Of a stretch of DNA of 64,000 bases, positions 61,989 to 64,000 are shown piece after piece. This DNA is from a virus, in IMG/VR virus record IMGVR_UViG_3300046370_000202. One strand, written 5' to 3'. Both the position numbers and the translations under genes were made by a program. Under the pieces are notes generated by a model, which searched no databases, was not told the origin of the DNA, and saw only the letters and a program-made list of their open reading frames with translations. Position 1 is the stretch's first letter. Each line of letters opens with the position of its first letter.

Positions 61989-62675
61989 TTAACTATTTTT
62001 GACGCGTTTGATCGCTTGCTTCTCTACTTCAATCCAACGCTTGGCCTTCGCGCCGTGTGGTTTGTCCGTAAACTTCTTCGCATCACGATATGCAGTTAAC
62101 GTTTCTTTCTCGTAGTTCTTACCTTCAGAGTTATCAACTACCAAGAAGTTCTCTTTACCAAACATGCGTTGGAACTTGCCGACGTTGCGCTGAACTGCTT
62201 TCCAATACTCAGTAACACCTTTCGCGCCTAGAGTACGCGCACGTTTTGCATCACGGTTGATAGCAGTATCAAGGTCTGTGTTTACGAAAATCATCGCAAC
62301 ATCGTAACCTAATTCTTTAACCTTCTTTGCTTGCGCGGCAATCTTGTCTGGATCTTTACCAGTACCGTCTACGACAAGACCAAGGCGTCCCTTCAGATAA
62401 CGTTCCTCTTTTTTGCCAGTAATCTTCTTTGCCTTACCACGAAGTTCTTGACCCTTCGGAGAGAAGATGTTGTCTGGAGTCATCTCCATATCAACCTTCT
62501 TCATGGCAGCTTCAAACGCGTCATCGGAGTTGACAACTTTGTAACCCATAGAGGTCAAACCAGTTTTGCCGACGATGAATGACTTACCAGAGCCTGGCCC
62601 ACCCGCAAGGAAGATCGCCTTGAAGATTGCTGGATCGTTGACACCTTCGTCTAGGAATGTTTTAAAAGATTTCAT
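61989..62675 (-). CDS. P-loop kinase (zeta toxin/AAA_33-like)
   Basis: KAIFLAGGPGSGKS...VNSD...VVDGTG...R.R; MKSFKTFLDE leader. Confidence 0.8.
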   Translation of the reverse strand: MKSFKTFLDEGVNDPAIFKAIFLAGGPGSGKSFIVGKTGLTSMGYKVVNSDDAFEAAMKKVDMEMTPDNIFSPKGQELRGKAKKITGKKEERYLKGRLGLVVDGTGKDPDKIAAQAKKVKELGYDVAMIFVNTDLDTAINRDAKRARTLGAKGVTEYWKAVQRNVGKFQRMFGKENFLVVDNSEGKNYEKETLTAYRDAKKFTDKPHGAKAKRWIEVEKQAIKRVKNS

Positions 62676-62729
62676 TGTAATACAGTCTGTTGGTGATAGA
62701 TGTATTTATTTATACAAATAATGGCGTAG

Positions 62730-63038
62730 TCAGTTATTGCTTGCCTTATTCCTAGATTTGTATGTAGGCAATTGAGAATCACAATTACTACAAACGAATC
62801 TTAGATTTTCTAGTCTGTTGTCGTTGTTCACCCCATTGATGTGATCTAAGACTAGAGTCATTGGTTTTCCCATCCACTCTGGTCCTATCCCACAACAATC
62901 ACAAGAATACGAGATCATTTCTTGTTTGATGATTCTTGCTTTCAGTCTGTGTCTAGCGTATGTAGAATTCTCTACAAACACATCTTCATCTAATCTTCTA
63001 GGTCCGTGTTGGTTTCTTGGGTTTTTAGCTGCTGCCAT
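62730..63038 (-). CDS. HNH endonuclease
   Basis: CDCC...LDHINGVNNDNRLENLRFVCSNCD. Confidence 0.9.
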   Translation of the reverse strand: MAAAKNPRNQHGPRRLDEDVFVENSTYARHRLKARIIKQEMISYSCDCCGIGPEWMGKPMTLVLDHINGVNNDNRLENLRFVCSNCDSQLPTYKSRNKASNN

Positions 63039-63101
63039 TTCAAATACTCCTATGTTTAGAAGTATTTATAATAACTGCGGTTTCTGGAACCGCTGTAATA
63101 A

Positions 63102-63189
63102 TGGCGGTGGGCGTAGGATTCGAACCTACGGAACCTCTCGGTTCAATGGTTTTCAAGACCATCGCTTTCGACCACTCAGCCAGCCCACC
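63102..63189 (-). tRNA. tRNA-Ser (TGA)
   Basis: Cloverleaf with long variable arm, CTTGAAA anticodon loop, GCCA end. Confidence 0.95.
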
Positions 63190-63194
63190 TAATT

Positions 63195-63443
63195 CTATGA
63201 CTTGGGTTCTCTGTAGAACCTCTTTGATACAGCATCCCACAATTGTGGAGATATTTCATCAATCGATCGTCTTGGATGTGAATCTGCAAGATCTACAGTG
63301 TCTGGTTCACGCAACTCGTTAGGATACTCCGGTTCACCTCGTGTGTTCTGATACCGTTCAACCTGTTTTTGCAGTGCATCGAATGTCTGCGACAACTCTT
63401 TGATGTTCTGTTCCAGTCTCTGCATTTCACTAATAAAACTCAT
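63195..63443 (-). CDS. Hypothetical coiled-coil protein in the tRNA array
   Basis: Start refined to MSFISE after a GAGGA SD. Confidence 0.55.
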   Translation of the reverse strand: MSFISEMQRLEQNIKELSQTFDALQKQVERYQNTRGEPEYPNELREPDTVDLADSHPRRSIDEISPQLWDAVSKRFYREPKS

Positions 63444-63459
63444 ACTATTCCTCATTATA

Positions 63460-63534
63460 TGGCTGGGGTGGATGGATTCGAACCACCGAATGGCGGGATC
63501 AAAACCCGCTGCCTTGCCACTTGGCGACACCCCA
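63460..63534 (-). tRNA. tRNA-Gln (TTG)
   Basis: TGGGGTGTCGCCAAGTGGCAAGGCA...TTTTGAT...TTCGAATCC...GCCA. Confidence 0.95.
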
Positions 63535-63538
63535 ATTT

Positions 63539-63615
<77 letters not shown>

Positions 63616-63632
63616 CAATTCTTTCCAGCCTC

Positions 63633-63722
63633 CGGTACCACTCGTTCGTTGATTTGAGAGAGGAACGAGACTCTCTGCTCTTCTGGGCACCACTGATTCA
63701 GTTATTTGGATAGGGGAATCAG
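63633..63722 (-). ncRNA. Candidate pseudoknotted RNA element
   Basis: AGAGAG/CTCTCT stem whose loop (CTCGTTC) pairs with downstream GAACGAG, nested inside GGTGCC/GGTACC. Confidence 0.45.
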
Positions 63723-63894
63723 ACCCTTTTTGCAAAGATGTCTGAGAAGTTCAGACCTGAATATTTAGATGCACTAGTACTCTGGTTATTGTACCATCGC
63801 TCTCGTGCGCCGTACTCTGTCATTGAGTAGGTGAGACCTACTTGCATACCTTTGTAAAAAATCTTCCACTCGTGTATCATAACATTTCCTCAAT

Positions 63895-63971
63895 TGGTCG
63901 GAGATGCTGGATTCGAACCAACGGCCCCTGCATCCCAAATGCAGTGCTCTACCAAGCTGAGCTAATCTCCG
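63895..63971 (-). tRNA. tRNA-Pro (TGG)
   Basis: CGGAGATTAGCTCAGCTTGGTAGAG...TTTGGGA...TTCGAATCC...GACCA. Confidence 0.95.
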
Positions 63972-64000
63972 TTAACTGTTTGAAACAAACTCGTTGATGA

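Noticed and set aside
63641-63676. preQ1-I riboswitch
   Set aside because: Similar pseudoknot topology, but it lacks the characteristic loop and A-rich tail consensus and lies upstream of a tRNA rather than a coding gene.

Overview
64 kb segment of a large T4-like (Tevenvirinae/Kyanoviridae-like superfamily) myophage genome, probably aquatic and infecting a heterotrophic bacterium (no photosynthesis genes in the window; host not determinable). Left to right: baseplate/tail module (gp6, gp25, two fibre-like genes, short gp5, hub, gp53, gp48; then gp4, gp2, tail-tube-like, gp26/gp51, tape-measure-like on the + strand); gp32 and gp33; a hyperplastic region of small early ORFs driven by repeated sigma70 promoter cassettes; a DenV-like glycosylase; a glycan-modification and lysis region (several glycosyltransferases, radical SAM/SPASM, carbamoyltransferase, sulfotransferase-like, holin-like, lysozyme); glycine-rich and FG-GAP virion proteins; a second early region; nrdB and a glutaredoxin-fused nrdA; a long cluster of proteins with T4 capsid-targeting-like N-termini; and a tRNA array containing a di-heme cytochrome c peroxidase lipoprotein and an HNH endonuclease. 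Most notable: (1) a candidate head-packaged polyprotein of small basic modules separated by repeated ESVELDE linkers, one module of which also exists as a free-standing early gene; (2) a 68-nt tRNA-Gly-like RNA lacking canonical D/T loops; (3) a probable -1 frameshift fusing gp26 to gp51; (4) several unannotated structured RNAs; (5) the cytochrome c peroxidase. All family assignments come from motif recognition by eye, not database searches.
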